A stretch of 62,687 nucleotides of DNA, the filler included. It is 5 parts of 5 records of this genome, joined end to end, with 100 filler letters (N's around TTAATTAATTAA, not from the genome) between each part and the next. Parts side by side here need not be neighbours in the genome. Positions count along the whole stretch, not along the records: positions 19,291 to 44,306 come from DRR378314_1010; 4 more parts are not named here. One strand, written 5' to 3'. Positions 31,661-40,499 of the stretch are shown piece by piece. How positions within the stretch are numbered: position 1 is the stretch's first letter; each line of letters starts with the position of its first letter. Position numbers and translations under genes: made by a program. The notes under the pieces were generated by a model. The model was given only the letters and a program-made list of their open reading frames with translations, was not told where the DNA came from and did not search any database.

Positions 31661-31690
31661 TTGTTATATCTATACGAATAAATACAACAA
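31661..31690. promoter_or_regulatory. 30-bp imperfect palindrome, candidate operator
   Basis: TTGTTATATCTATACGAATAAATACAACAA matches its own reverse complement at 24 of 30 positions; lies just downstream of TTGACG (31635). Confidence 0.6.
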
Positions 31691-31826
31691 ATGAGTGGTT
31701 CACGCCCCACTAACGCTTGGCAACCGCGCTGCGCTTAATAACGCTGCTGTTGGATAGCTTTTGCGGGATTGCTTTGCGCTGAAAACCAAGCTCACACACA
31801 AACCATAAACAAAGGGCAAACGTGTT

Positions 31827-32069
31827 ATGAAATATCTACCTCCTCTTAAACTAGCGCTTTATAGCGGCATGCTGCTTGGGTTCTTCATGCTAGAAAGTCC
31901 CATCATCATGCTAGCCAATCGTATAGAACCCATGTTGATGGGCATCCCCTTTTTATTGGCCTGGAATCTCTTTTGGTGGTTTGCATTAACGGCGCTGTTT
32001 TTAGTGGCGTATTTGACAAACTGGGGCAGCCCATCATCAACGGCTAACCACACCATTAAGCAGCCATAA
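31827..32069 (+). CDS. Small two-TM protein accompanying an SSS transporter (DUF3311-like)
   Basis: ANRIEP.LMGIPFLLAW motif; directly upstream of the symporter. Confidence 0.75.
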   Translation: MKYLPPLKLALYSGMLLGFFMLESPIIMLANRIEPMLMGIPFLLAWNLFWWFALTALFLVAYLTNWGSPSSTANHTIKQP

Positions 32070-32083
32070 AAGGGGGATAACGC

Positions 32084-33631
32084 ATGACCGGTAGCTTATT
32101 AATTATTGCCGCATTTATGATCATCCCCTTACTAGTAGGGGTTTTATCGGCGCGTCAATCGCAAGAAACGAGTGAAGACTTCTTCGTTCAAGGCCGTGCT
32201 ATGGGCAGCATAGCGGTATTTTTCACCGTAGCGGCCACGTGGTGGAGTGCATTTGCCTTCTTGGGTTCTAACGCTACGTTCTATACCAATGGTCCAGTCT
32301 TTCTGACTGCGCTAGCCTGGAACTTGCTGTTTGGCTTTATGTATTACTGGATCGGCAAGCGGGTTTGGTTTTTAGGAAAGCGATTCAATTATTTAACGCC
32401 ATCAGATTTAATAGGCGACTTTTATAACAGCGAAGCGCTGCGCATTACCGTTGCGGCGATTACGCTGATTTTTACCGTACCGTATTTACAGATCCAGTTA
32501 ACGGGTGGTGCCTATTTAATTGAAGTTGCCTCTGGTGGCTTGATTCCTTTCTGGCTCGCCGCGCTGCTGTTTTACTTCATTATTATTATCTATGTATGGA
32601 TTGGTGGCATTCGTGCCATTGCCTGGACCGACGTCATTTATGGGGCTCTGCTGTTCTTCGGCATGATGTACGCAGGCTACTATATTTCCACCCAAGTGGG
32701 TGGGCCATCCGCTCTGTTTAGCCAACTCCAGCAAACCTCTCCTGAACATCTCACTATGCCAGGGCCGAACGGCACGATGAGCTATCCCATGTGGTTCTCG
32801 CTGTTTGCTATAACGGCTATTGGTGCCTTTATGGGTCCACAAATCTGGTTGCGCATGTACTCAGTTAAGCACGGGAAGCTGTTTAACTTAATGCCCTTCT
32901 TATTAGGCTTAGCAGCTTTTGCCTATGTAGGTTCTGTTCTATCAGGTTACTCGGGTGTGCTGCTTGAGCCGAATGTGGAAAATCCCGATCAAATCCTACC
33001 CATCATGCTCATGGAGTATGCGCCATATCTACTTGCTTCACTGATTATGGCAGCGGGCGCATCAGCCGCCATGTCAACGGCAAACTCGCAGATTCACGCG
33101 GTATCCACGGTAGTGACCATGGATATTTACAAACGCTATGTGAACCGTGACGCAAGCCAAGCCCGTATTGTTTATATCGGTCGCTTATCACTGGTGGGCT
33201 TCTCACTGGTGGCTTATATCATGGCGCTTACCGTACCCGGTGTTCTGGTCACTATCGGCATTGCTGCTCTGGCTGGTACTGCACAATTGGTGATCCCGAC
33301 ACTCGGTGCCATCACTTGGAAAAAAGCTCACCCGACTGCTGCTCTAGCAGGTTTGTGGGGCGGCGTTGGCTGCGTGCTTCTGATGACCTTTGGCCCGCTA
33401 AGTGCTCCCCTTGGCTTCCATGCAGGCATTTGGGGGCTACTGCTCAACATCGCACTGTTTGTTGGCCTAAGCCATGCATTGCATCGCCGCGACACAGCGG
33501 TTGTGGAACGCTTTACCCAGGCGCGCTACGACTATGATGCGGAGTATCATCCCGAGCGTTTACCTAGCTATGCACAAGACCCTAAACCAGCTTATGCACA
33601 AGAAACTAAGCCCTCAGTAGCTGATCGCTAA
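32084..33631 (+). CDS. Sodium:solute symporter family protein
   Basis: DFFVQGR, SAFAFLG, GGIRAIAWTD, AAMSTANSQ, DIYKRY; many TM segments. Confidence 0.92.
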   Translation: MTGSLLIIAAFMIIPLLVGVLSARQSQETSEDFFVQGRAMGSIAVFFTVAATWWSAFAFLGSNATFYTNGPVFLTALAWNLLFGFMYYWIGKRVWFLGKRFNYLTPSDLIGDFYNSEALRITVAAITLIFTVPYLQIQLTGGAYLIEVASGGLIPFWLAALLFYFIIIIYVWIGGIRAIAWTDVIYGALLFFGMMYAGYYISTQVGGPSALFSQLQQTSPEHLTMPGPNGTMSYPMWFSLFAITAIGAFMGPQIWLRMYSVKHGKLFNLMPFLLGLAAFAYVGSVLSGYSGVLLEPNVENPDQILPIMLMEYAPYLLASLIMAAGASAAMSTANSQIHAVSTVVTMDIYKRYVNRDASQARIVYIGRLSLVGFSLVAYIMALTVPGVLVTIGIAALAGTAQLVIPTLGAITWKKAHPTAALAGLWGGVGCVLLMTFGPLSAPLGFHAGIWGLLLNIALFVGLSHALHRRDTAVVERFTQARYDYDAEYHPERLPSYAQDPKPAYAQETKPSVADR

Positions 33632-33653
33632 CAATCAACAAAGGAGTGTATTG

Positions 33654-34484
33654 ATGGCCAAAGCCCCTGTTTCAACTACTCGTTCAACGGCTAGTTCAAC
33701 CGTTAAGCGTCGCCCTAAACTCGCCGAGCTTATCAGTGATGATATCAAACGCTGGATTGCATCAGAGGGGCTCGGTGAAGGTGATCGTCTGCCAAATGAG
33801 CGAGCTCTAATGGAGCTCTATGGCAGCGCCAAAGCCACTATACGCGAAGCGCTTAAGATACTTGAAGTTGAGGGGCTCATCACTTTAAAAACCGGGCCTC
33901 AAGGAGGAGCCGTTATTAATCAGCCGGGCATGGAACCCGCCAGCCGCATGCTACGTAACTTTCTGCATTTCCAACAGTTAGATGGCAAGCAAGTGTATCA
34001 ATTGCGCAAGCTGTTAGAGGTCGAGCTGGCGGCATCCGTCGTCGGCCGACTCACGGAAGAAGACTTTCAACAGCTTGAAGCGAATATAGCATCCTGCACT
34101 TGTTGTAGCGGCGAGGAAGACCATAAGCGCCAGCGCTTTTTAGAGCTGGAGTTCCATCAACTGCTGGCGCGCACCTGCCCTAACCCACTGCTGGCATTTA
34201 TATGCCAGTTTTTAAACGACATGCTGCGCGACCTAGTCGTGATCAAAAAAGCTTACGTGCCTGAGCGTAAACAATTCGATCACGCTAACCAGGACTATCA
34301 CCGACAGTTGCTAGATGCCTACCGAGCCGAAGATACCTCGCGTGTCCGTCAAGTGATGGCCGAGCATATGCTAGATGCAGAGCACCACATGAGCGCGCTG
34401 GAAGCCGAAATGGCCGCACAAATGCTAGTCAGCAACGACCTGCTGGGCACTCTAGCCAATCGTTCAAAACTATATGATTTATAA
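33654..34484 (+). CDS. GntR/FadR-family regulator with FCD domain
   Basis: GDRLPNE..L...YGSAKATIREALKILEVEGLI, EFH..LA...NPLL. Confidence 0.92.
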   Translation: MAKAPVSTTRSTASSTVKRRPKLAELISDDIKRWIASEGLGEGDRLPNERALMELYGSAKATIREALKILEVEGLITLKTGPQGGAVINQPGMEPASRMLRNFLHFQQLDGKQVYQLRKLLEVELAASVVGRLTEEDFQQLEANIASCTCCSGEEDHKRQRFLELEFHQLLARTCPNPLLAFICQFLNDMLRDLVVIKKAYVPERKQFDHANQDYHRQLLDAYRAEDTSRVRQVMAEHMLDAEHHMSALEAEMAAQMLVSNDLLGTLANRSKLYDL

Positions 34485-34534
34485 ATGAAAAATGCGTTTT
34501 TTAGCACCCTTTTTCATCCTAAGAGGATACCAAA

Positions 34535-35824
34535 TTGACTACCTACATAACGCCAACAAACGCAATCACTAATCTACGCACTAACAGCGATCGGCTTTGG
34601 CAATCACTAATGGACATGGCAAAGCTGGGCGCGACGGCTAAGGGCGGCGTTAACCGACAGGCGCTAACGGATCTTGATCGCCAGGGGCGCGACCTATTTA
34701 TCCAATGGTGTCGTGCAGAAGGCTGCACCATCCGTATTGATAATATCGGTAATATTTTTGCCCGCCGGGAAGGCAGCAACCCAACAGCCAACACCGTCAT
34801 GGCGGGTAGCCATTTGGATAGCCAGCCCACTGGTGGGAAGTATGACGGCTGCTTTGGGGTACTGTCAGGCTTAGAAGTAATCCGAACGCTTAATGAACAC
34901 AACATCACCACAAAGTCGCCCATTGAAGTCGTTGCGTGGACTAACGAAGAGGGCTGTCGCTTCCCACCCTGCATGATGGGGTCTGGAGTATTTACTGGCG
35001 TGCTTGAATTTGACGCCATGATGGCACGCACTGACGCCGATGGCGTCACGGTAAGTGATGCACTGGATGCCATTCACTACCGTGGTAGCGATGAGGTCTC
35101 ACCCAGTGAGATAAAAGCTTACTTTGAACCACATATCGAACAGGGGCCGATTTTAGAAGATACCGACACCACTATTGGCGTGGTTATCGGTGGGCTTGGC
35201 CAAAAGTGGTTTGATTTAACCCTAACCGGGCTTGAAGCCCACGCGGGTCCAACACCCATGAATCTACGTCGCGACGCCATGATGGGCGCGGCAGAAGTCA
35301 CCCAAGCACTCAACAAAATTGCCTTGGATCACCAGCCCCACGGTCGCGGTACGGTTGGTTGTATGTCGCTACACCCTGGCTCGCGCAACGTTATTCCCGG
35401 TCAAGTCAAAATGACTTTGGATATGCGCCACTGGGAGCCGGAAGCCCTCATCTCAATGGCTCACTCCTTAGCGACGGCCGTCGAAGAAATTTGCCAACGT
35501 CATGGGCTGGAATATGAATTAACGCCCACCGCAGATTTTGACCCTGAGCACTTCAATAAAACCTGTGTTGATGCCGTGCGCGAAGGGGCCAAGCAACTCA
35601 ACCTATCGCACATGGATATCATCAGCGGTGCCGGTCACGATGCTATGTTCGTCGGCCGTGTAGCCCCGGCTGCAATGATCTTTGTGCCCTGCAAGGACGG
35701 CATTAGCCACAACGAAATTGAAAGTGCTACCCCAGAGCATGTTCACGCTGGCTGTAACGTCCTTCTGCAGGCCATGTTGAATGCGGCCGGTGTTGAAGAC
35801 AGCATTAGCATAGCTGGGGAGTAA
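34535..35824 (+). CDS. M20 Zn-dependent N-carbamoyl-amino-acid amidohydrolase (beta-ureidopropionase/HyuC-like)
   Basis: GSHLDSQPTGGKYDG, NEEG, HIEQGP, HAGPTPM, GAGHDA, GISHNE; TTG start with GAGG RBS. Confidence 0.9.
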   Translation: MTTYITPTNAITNLRTNSDRLWQSLMDMAKLGATAKGGVNRQALTDLDRQGRDLFIQWCRAEGCTIRIDNIGNIFARREGSNPTANTVMAGSHLDSQPTGGKYDGCFGVLSGLEVIRTLNEHNITTKSPIEVVAWTNEEGCRFPPCMMGSGVFTGVLEFDAMMARTDADGVTVSDALDAIHYRGSDEVSPSEIKAYFEPHIEQGPILEDTDTTIGVVIGGLGQKWFDLTLTGLEAHAGPTPMNLRRDAMMGAAEVTQALNKIALDHQPHGRGTVGCMSLHPGSRNVIPGQVKMTLDMRHWEPEALISMAHSLATAVEEICQRHGLEYELTPTADFDPEHFNKTCVDAVREGAKQLNLSHMDIISGAGHDAMFVGRVAPAAMIFVPCKDGISHNEIESATPEHVHAGCNVLLQAMLNAAGVEDSISIAGE

Positions 35825-35826
35825 CA

Positions 35827-37227
35827 ATGACCGAGACATTTGAGACACTCACGGCTGTGGAAGCATTAGCCCGCTTCCGCCAGGGGACTCTTTCCCCAGA
35901 GGCGCTGGTAAACGACTGCTTGGAGCGGATTGCCCGCGACAATCCAAAAGTCAATGCGTTTACTTGCGTGAACGAGATAGAGGCTCGGCGCTTGGCAAAA
36001 GCCTCTGCCCAGCGCTGGCAGGCAGATAACCCCTGCGGCCCGCTAGATGGCATTCCTGTCACTATTAAAGATTTAACCTTAACGAAGGGCCTACCGACAC
36101 GCCTGGGTTCAACCACCACCCCATCAGACGGCCCTTGGGAGGTGGATGCGCCAATCAGCCATCACCTTCGCAATGCTGGAGCCATCGTCATTGGCAAAAC
36201 GACTTCGCCCGAGTTTGGCTGGAAAGGCGTCACTGATAACCCCCTGCACGGCATTACCCGTAACCCGTGGAATAGCGCACTAACGCCCGGCGGATCATCC
36301 GGCGGCGCAGGGGCAGCAGCGGCGCTTAATCTAGGTCTCTTACACCAAGGCAGCGACGCGGGTGGCTCGATCCGTATCCCATGCAGCTTTACCGGCACCT
36401 TTGGCATAAAGCCAACCTTTGGTTGGGTTCCCCAATGGCCCGCCAGCGCCATGAGCACACTTTCCCATTTAGGGCCAATGACCCGTACGGCGGCCGACAG
36501 TGCGCTAATGCTTAGCGTGATGGCCCAGCCAGATGCCAGGGATGGTTACTCCGGCAACCCCCAAGGGCCAGACTGGCTAACGCCGCCTCCTGCTAACCTA
36601 AAGGGCTGGCGCATCGCCTATAGTGCAGATCTTGGCTACGTAGAAGTAGCCTCAGACATTGCTCGGAAAGTAGAGCAAGCCATTGCCTATTTCGAAGAGC
36701 TGGGCGCCACAGTAACCCGCGTTGATCCTGGCTTTAGCGATCCAATCAAGACGTTTAACACCCTCTGGTTTGCAGGTGCTACCCAAGCGCTAGAAAAACT
36801 GGACGAACAGCAGCAGGCATCACTCGACCCTGGGTTTCTCGATATTGCCCGACGCGGGCAGGATGTATCGCTTTCCGACTATCTCGCCGCCCGGCGCCAG
36901 CGCAGTGAATTGACCGCCCAAATGGCAGCCTTTCATGAACGCTATGACTTACTAGTTACACCCACGATGCCCACCTCCCCCTTTGCAGCGGGCCACAACG
37001 TTCCACCAGGGGGAACCTACCGAGACTGGATGGACTGGACGCCGTTCAGCTACCCCTTCAACCTCACCCAGCAGCCCGCTGCCTCCCTTCCTTGCGGTTT
37101 GGATAATCAAGGGCTGCCAGTAGGCCTTCATTTAGTGGCGGGCAAATATCAAGACCTCAAAGTGCTGCATGCCGCTCAATTACTTGAGCGCTACTTGCCA
37201 CCGCTGACACCACCCTCGATTGCCTAA
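35827..37227 (+). CDS. Amidase-signature family amidase
   Basis: Ser-cisSer-Lys triad motifs IKD, GGSSGG and GSDAGGSIRIP. Confidence 0.92.
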   Translation: MTETFETLTAVEALARFRQGTLSPEALVNDCLERIARDNPKVNAFTCVNEIEARRLAKASAQRWQADNPCGPLDGIPVTIKDLTLTKGLPTRLGSTTTPSDGPWEVDAPISHHLRNAGAIVIGKTTSPEFGWKGVTDNPLHGITRNPWNSALTPGGSSGGAGAAAALNLGLLHQGSDAGGSIRIPCSFTGTFGIKPTFGWVPQWPASAMSTLSHLGPMTRTAADSALMLSVMAQPDARDGYSGNPQGPDWLTPPPANLKGWRIAYSADLGYVEVASDIARKVEQAIAYFEELGATVTRVDPGFSDPIKTFNTLWFAGATQALEKLDEQQQASLDPGFLDIARRGQDVSLSDYLAARRQRSELTAQMAAFHERYDLLVTPTMPTSPFAAGHNVPPGGTYRDWMDWTPFSYPFNLTQQPAASLPCGLDNQGLPVGLHLVAGKYQDLKVLHAAQLLERYLPPLTPPSIA

Positions 37228-37245
37228 ACAGATATGAAATATCGC

Positions 37246-37548
37246 TTATAGCACGACCTCATACCCTTCAAACTTAGGTGGGCCAAGATAGATACCTTCC
37301 GGCGCCTTGGCGTTAGCATGAGCCTTGCGGAACGCTTCTGACTTGGTCCAGGCACGGAAGGCTTCTTCCGATTCCCACACACTGTGGGAGATAAACACGG
37401 TGTGGTCTTCCTGGCTTTCGCCCTGCAGCATTTGGAATTGTTGAAAGCCCGGCACTTCATCCAAATGAGAATCGCGGTTGCGCCACACCTCTAAAAAATC
37501 CTCTTCGCGGCCTGGGGCAATCCGAAAACGGTTCATGGCGATATACAT
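37246..37548 (-). CDS. ABM-family monooxygenase, IsdG/HmuQ-like
   Basis: MYIAMNRF, VPGF, WESEEAF.AWTKSEAFRKAH; AGGAG RBS. Confidence 0.85.
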   Translation of the reverse strand: MYIAMNRFRIAPGREEDFLEVWRNRDSHLDEVPGFQQFQMLQGESQEDHTVFISHSVWESEEAFRAWTKSEAFRKAHANAKAPEGIYLGPPKFEGYEVVL

Positions 37549-37680
37549 GCACTCTCTCCTATTGAGTTTGTCTAACACGCTAGCGTAGCGGCCTGCCGCT
37601 TACGACGTCTATCCCTTGATGGTAACGTCATGGTTTTATGACGAATAGGCGTTATGCCGAGCAAACCATCAGGATACGGC

Positions 37681-37722
37681 ATGGCTAAGGCACCCATCCA
37701 GGTCGTTTGGTTCAAACGCGAA
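37681..37722 (+). pseudogene. N-terminal stub of a photolyase/cryptochrome-family gene
   Basis: AGGA RBS, then ATG reading MAKAPIQVVWFKR(E), which matches the family start VVWF[KR]RD; similarity stops at the edge of the AT-rich islet. Confidence 0.55.
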
Positions 37723-37740
37723 AAAGCTGACAACCACCCA

Positions 37741-38316
37741 CTACAAACCAGCTACTTTTGCACTTACATATTGTGGATATTCGAATGCTGCTCTTAAAAT
37801 CAAAAGGCATGAAGTAGTATGTGTAATACTTCCATTTAAAACGTATTCAACAGCAGTATTAAGAGAAACATTGAAAGGTTCAACCATATCATCGGCAGGA
37901 GGCCTAGCAGCTAGCTCATAGAGTTCTGTTGCAATGATAAGATGATCTCTTGTTCTAACTAGAGTTGTAAAAGGATCCGTTACACCGATAGATTTAAAGT
38001 GGCCTGCACCGATGCCAGCCTCCTCTGCAAGCTCCCGAGCAGCTGCTTGCTCAGGAGCCTCCCCCTCGTCTATCCCTCCACCAATTATTTCTATCATTTC
38101 AGCATCTTGAGCATATTTATACTCACGGGCAAGCAATACCGTACCATCAGAAAATAAAGGAAGAATTGCAACACCGTCTTTCATATCAACAGTGCCAAAT
38201 ATCCCCCTATCACCCTCAGGCCGGATAACACTGTCTTCGGTAACTTCAATCCAGGGGTTCTTATAAATTGTTTTGCTTGAGGTAACAGTAAACTGTCCTT
38301 TCTTTATTCCACTCAT
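37741..38316 (-). CDS. NUDIX hydrolase, ADP-ribose/NDP-sugar pyrophosphatase-like
   Basis: IYKNPWI.V.ED.V..P.G, Nudix box GGGIDEGE.PEQAAARELAEEAG; AT-rich. Confidence 0.88.
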   Translation of the reverse strand: MSGIKKGQFTVTSSKTIYKNPWIEVTEDSVIRPEGDRGIFGTVDMKDGVAILPLFSDGTVLLAREYKYAQDAEMIEIIGGGIDEGEAPEQAAARELAEEAGIGAGHFKSIGVTDPFTTLVRTRDHLIIATELYELAARPPADDMVEPFNVSLNTAVEYVLNGSITHTTSCLLILRAAFEYPQYVSAKVAGL

Positions 38317-38335
38317 GCCCTCCCTCCTTTGCCAA

Positions 38336-38974
38336 TTAAGTTAACAGGCCACGCGCTGAGAAATCTTTCAAGAGCTGAGCATGGTTTTCAAAAACAATCC
38401 CATCAACACCACTATCCCTAGCACTTTTAACATTATCTTCACGATCATCGATGAAAACAACATCATCTCTATCGCAACCTAAAATCTCCAACATTTTTAA
38501 AAAAGCATCGGCATTAGGTTTGACAAGCTTATGCTCAAAAGATAAAAACTTCTTCTCAAATAAGTTATCAACATTCGGAAAGGACTGTATTTTCTCCCAA
38601 TGTGTTTGATCGATGTTTGACATGCAAGCTTGGCGGAAACCACGCTGAGCTAATTTCTTAATTAACAATACTGTTTCGTTTTTTTCGCCGACCAATACTC
38701 TTTTTAGCAAGCTCTCTATCTCGTACTCGGGAACATCGCTACTTATTGCACTCTTTATTTCAGAAATATAAATCTCTTTTGTTATCAACCCTGCGACTGC
38801 TTTTTCAGTAAGGCTGTAACTTGAGGGAGACACCTTAAATTCTTCTCGAATTAACGGGAGCAATTCTGATTTATCGATATTAAATTTCTCAGTGGCATCT
38901 TCCATCATGCCGCTAAAATCCAATTCAACGACAACGCCACCAAGATCCCAAACAACCCATTGAGGAACTTTCAT
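38336..38974 (-). CDS. HAD-family phosphatase (YihX-like)
   Basis: DLGGV, MSN, KP, FIDDREDNV motifs; GGAGG RBS; AT-rich. Confidence 0.88.
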   Translation of the reverse strand: MKVPQWVVWDLGGVVVELDFSGMMEDATEKFNIDKSELLPLIREEFKVSPSSYSLTEKAVAGLITKEIYISEIKSAISSDVPEYEIESLLKRVLVGEKNETVLLIKKLAQRGFRQACMSNIDQTHWEKIQSFPNVDNLFEKKFLSFEHKLVKPNADAFLKMLEILGCDRDDVVFIDDREDNVKSARDSGVDGIVFENHAQLLKDFSARGLLT

Positions 38975-39149
38975 CCATGCACCTCCTTAGTCGACACTAA
39001 TTTACTTAAGAAAACTCATAGAGAATATATTGTAGACGTAAAATTCTAATATACATGAATTCAACCAAGGCAGTACCGTTGGAAGTAAACGCTGTCGCTT
39101 CGCCGCCACTCAGAAACCTGGGCAGCAAGCCATTGTGAATAAGCGCGTT

Positions 39150-39195
39150 AAAAAAGCAAAACCCGTCAATCGCGCTGTTTGGCGATGACGGGTTT
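39150..39195 (-). terminator. Intrinsic terminator after gabT
   Basis: Stem AAACCCGTCA..TGACGGGTTT with an A-run on its left. Confidence 0.75.
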
Positions 39196-39216
39196 GATGA
39201 TGCCTAGAAGAACGGT

Positions 39217-40491
39217 TTAGCTAAGCGCCTCCAGAGACTGTTCGATAATGCTCAAGCCCTCTTCCAACACGGCAGAAGAGACCGTCAGCGGCACCAGAAT
39301 GCGGATGCTGTTGCCGTAGAAGCCACAGGAGAGCAGGATCAGGCCTTTCTCACGGGCTTTGGCACACAGCGCGCCGGTCATCTGAGGATCTGGCTTGCCT
39401 TCGCTGTCGAGCAGTTCAAACGCCGCCATGGCGCCGAGCTGGCGGCCGTGGGCAACGGCAGGGAAGCGTTCTTCCCATACCGCGAAACGTTCGGCCAGCA
39501 TTTTGCCCATCTGTTCGCTGCGCGCCAAGATATCTTCTTCTTCGATCACCTCGATGACCGCCAGCGCCGCTGCGCAGGAGAGCGGGTTGCCGCTGTAGGT
39601 GCCACCCAGGGAGTTGGGGCCAGAGGCGTCCATTACGTTGGCACTACCCACAACCGCCGATAGCGGCATGCCGTTCGCCAGGCTCTTGGCGGTGGTGAGG
39701 ATGTCCGCTTCAATACCGCTATGTTCGAGCGCAAACAGCTTGCCGGTACGGGCAAAGCCAGATTGCACTTCATCGGCGATCAGCAGAATACCGTGCTCGT
39801 CACACAGCGCACGCAGCGCTTTCAGGTAATCCGGTGAGGCGATGTAGAAACCGCCTTCGCCCTGTACCGGCTCAATCACGATAGCCGCCGTGCGATGCGG
39901 GGCAATATCGGTTTTGAACAGCGTGCGAATGGCGTCTAACGACGCTTCTTCGCTGATGCCGTGCAGCGGGTTGGGGAACGGCGCGCGGAAAACATCACCC
40001 GGCATAGGGCCGAAGTCGTTCTTATAGGGCAGTACCTTGCCGGTCATGGCCAGCGTCATCATGGTACGGCCGTGGAAAGCACCGTCGAACGTGATAATGC
40101 CGGTACGGCCAGTCGCCGCGCGGGCGATCTTCACGGCGTTTTCCAGCGCTTCCGCACCGGTATTAACCAACATTGCTTTACGCTCGGGGCCACGCACCGG
40201 CGTCAGTTCACAAAGTTTTTGGCACAGCTGTACGTAAGGGGCGTAGGAGATCACCGCCGCGCTGGTGTGCATGACTTTTTTAAGCTGCGCTTCTACTGCC
40301 GCGACAATTTTTGGATGGCGATGGCCCAGGTTTAATACGCCAATCCCCCCCGCAAAATCGATCCAACGGTTGCCATCGGCATCCCATAACTCGGCGTTTT
40401 CAGCACGCTCGGCAAACTGGGTGGTAGGCGTGGCGGCACCGTTGGCCACATAGCGATTTTTCAGTTCGTTCAATTCTTGGTTATTCATCAT
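39217..40491 (-). CDS. gabT: 4-aminobutyrate (or 5-aminovalerate):2-oxoglutarate transaminase
   Basis: DFAGGIGVLN, GAEALENAVK, FHGRT, EPVQGEGG, DEVQSGFARTG, GGTYSGNP. Confidence 0.9.
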   Translation of the reverse strand: MMNNQELNELKNRYVANGAATPTTQFAERAENAELWDADGNRWIDFAGGIGVLNLGHRHPKIVAAVEAQLKKVMHTSAAVISYAPYVQLCQKLCELTPVRGPERKAMLVNTGAEALENAVKIARAATGRTGIITFDGAFHGRTMMTLAMTGKVLPYKNDFGPMPGDVFRAPFPNPLHGISEEASLDAIRTLFKTDIAPHRTAAIVIEPVQGEGGFYIASPDYLKALRALCDEHGILLIADEVQSGFARTGKLFALEHSGIEADILTTAKSLANGMPLSAVVGSANVMDASGPNSLGGTYSGNPLSCAAALAVIEVIEEEDILARSEQMGKMLAERFAVWEERFPAVAHGRQLGAMAAFELLDSEGKPDPQMTGALCAKAREKGLILLSCGFYGNSIRILVPLTVSSAVLEEGLSIIEQSLEALS

Positions 40492-40499
40492 CGTTTTCC

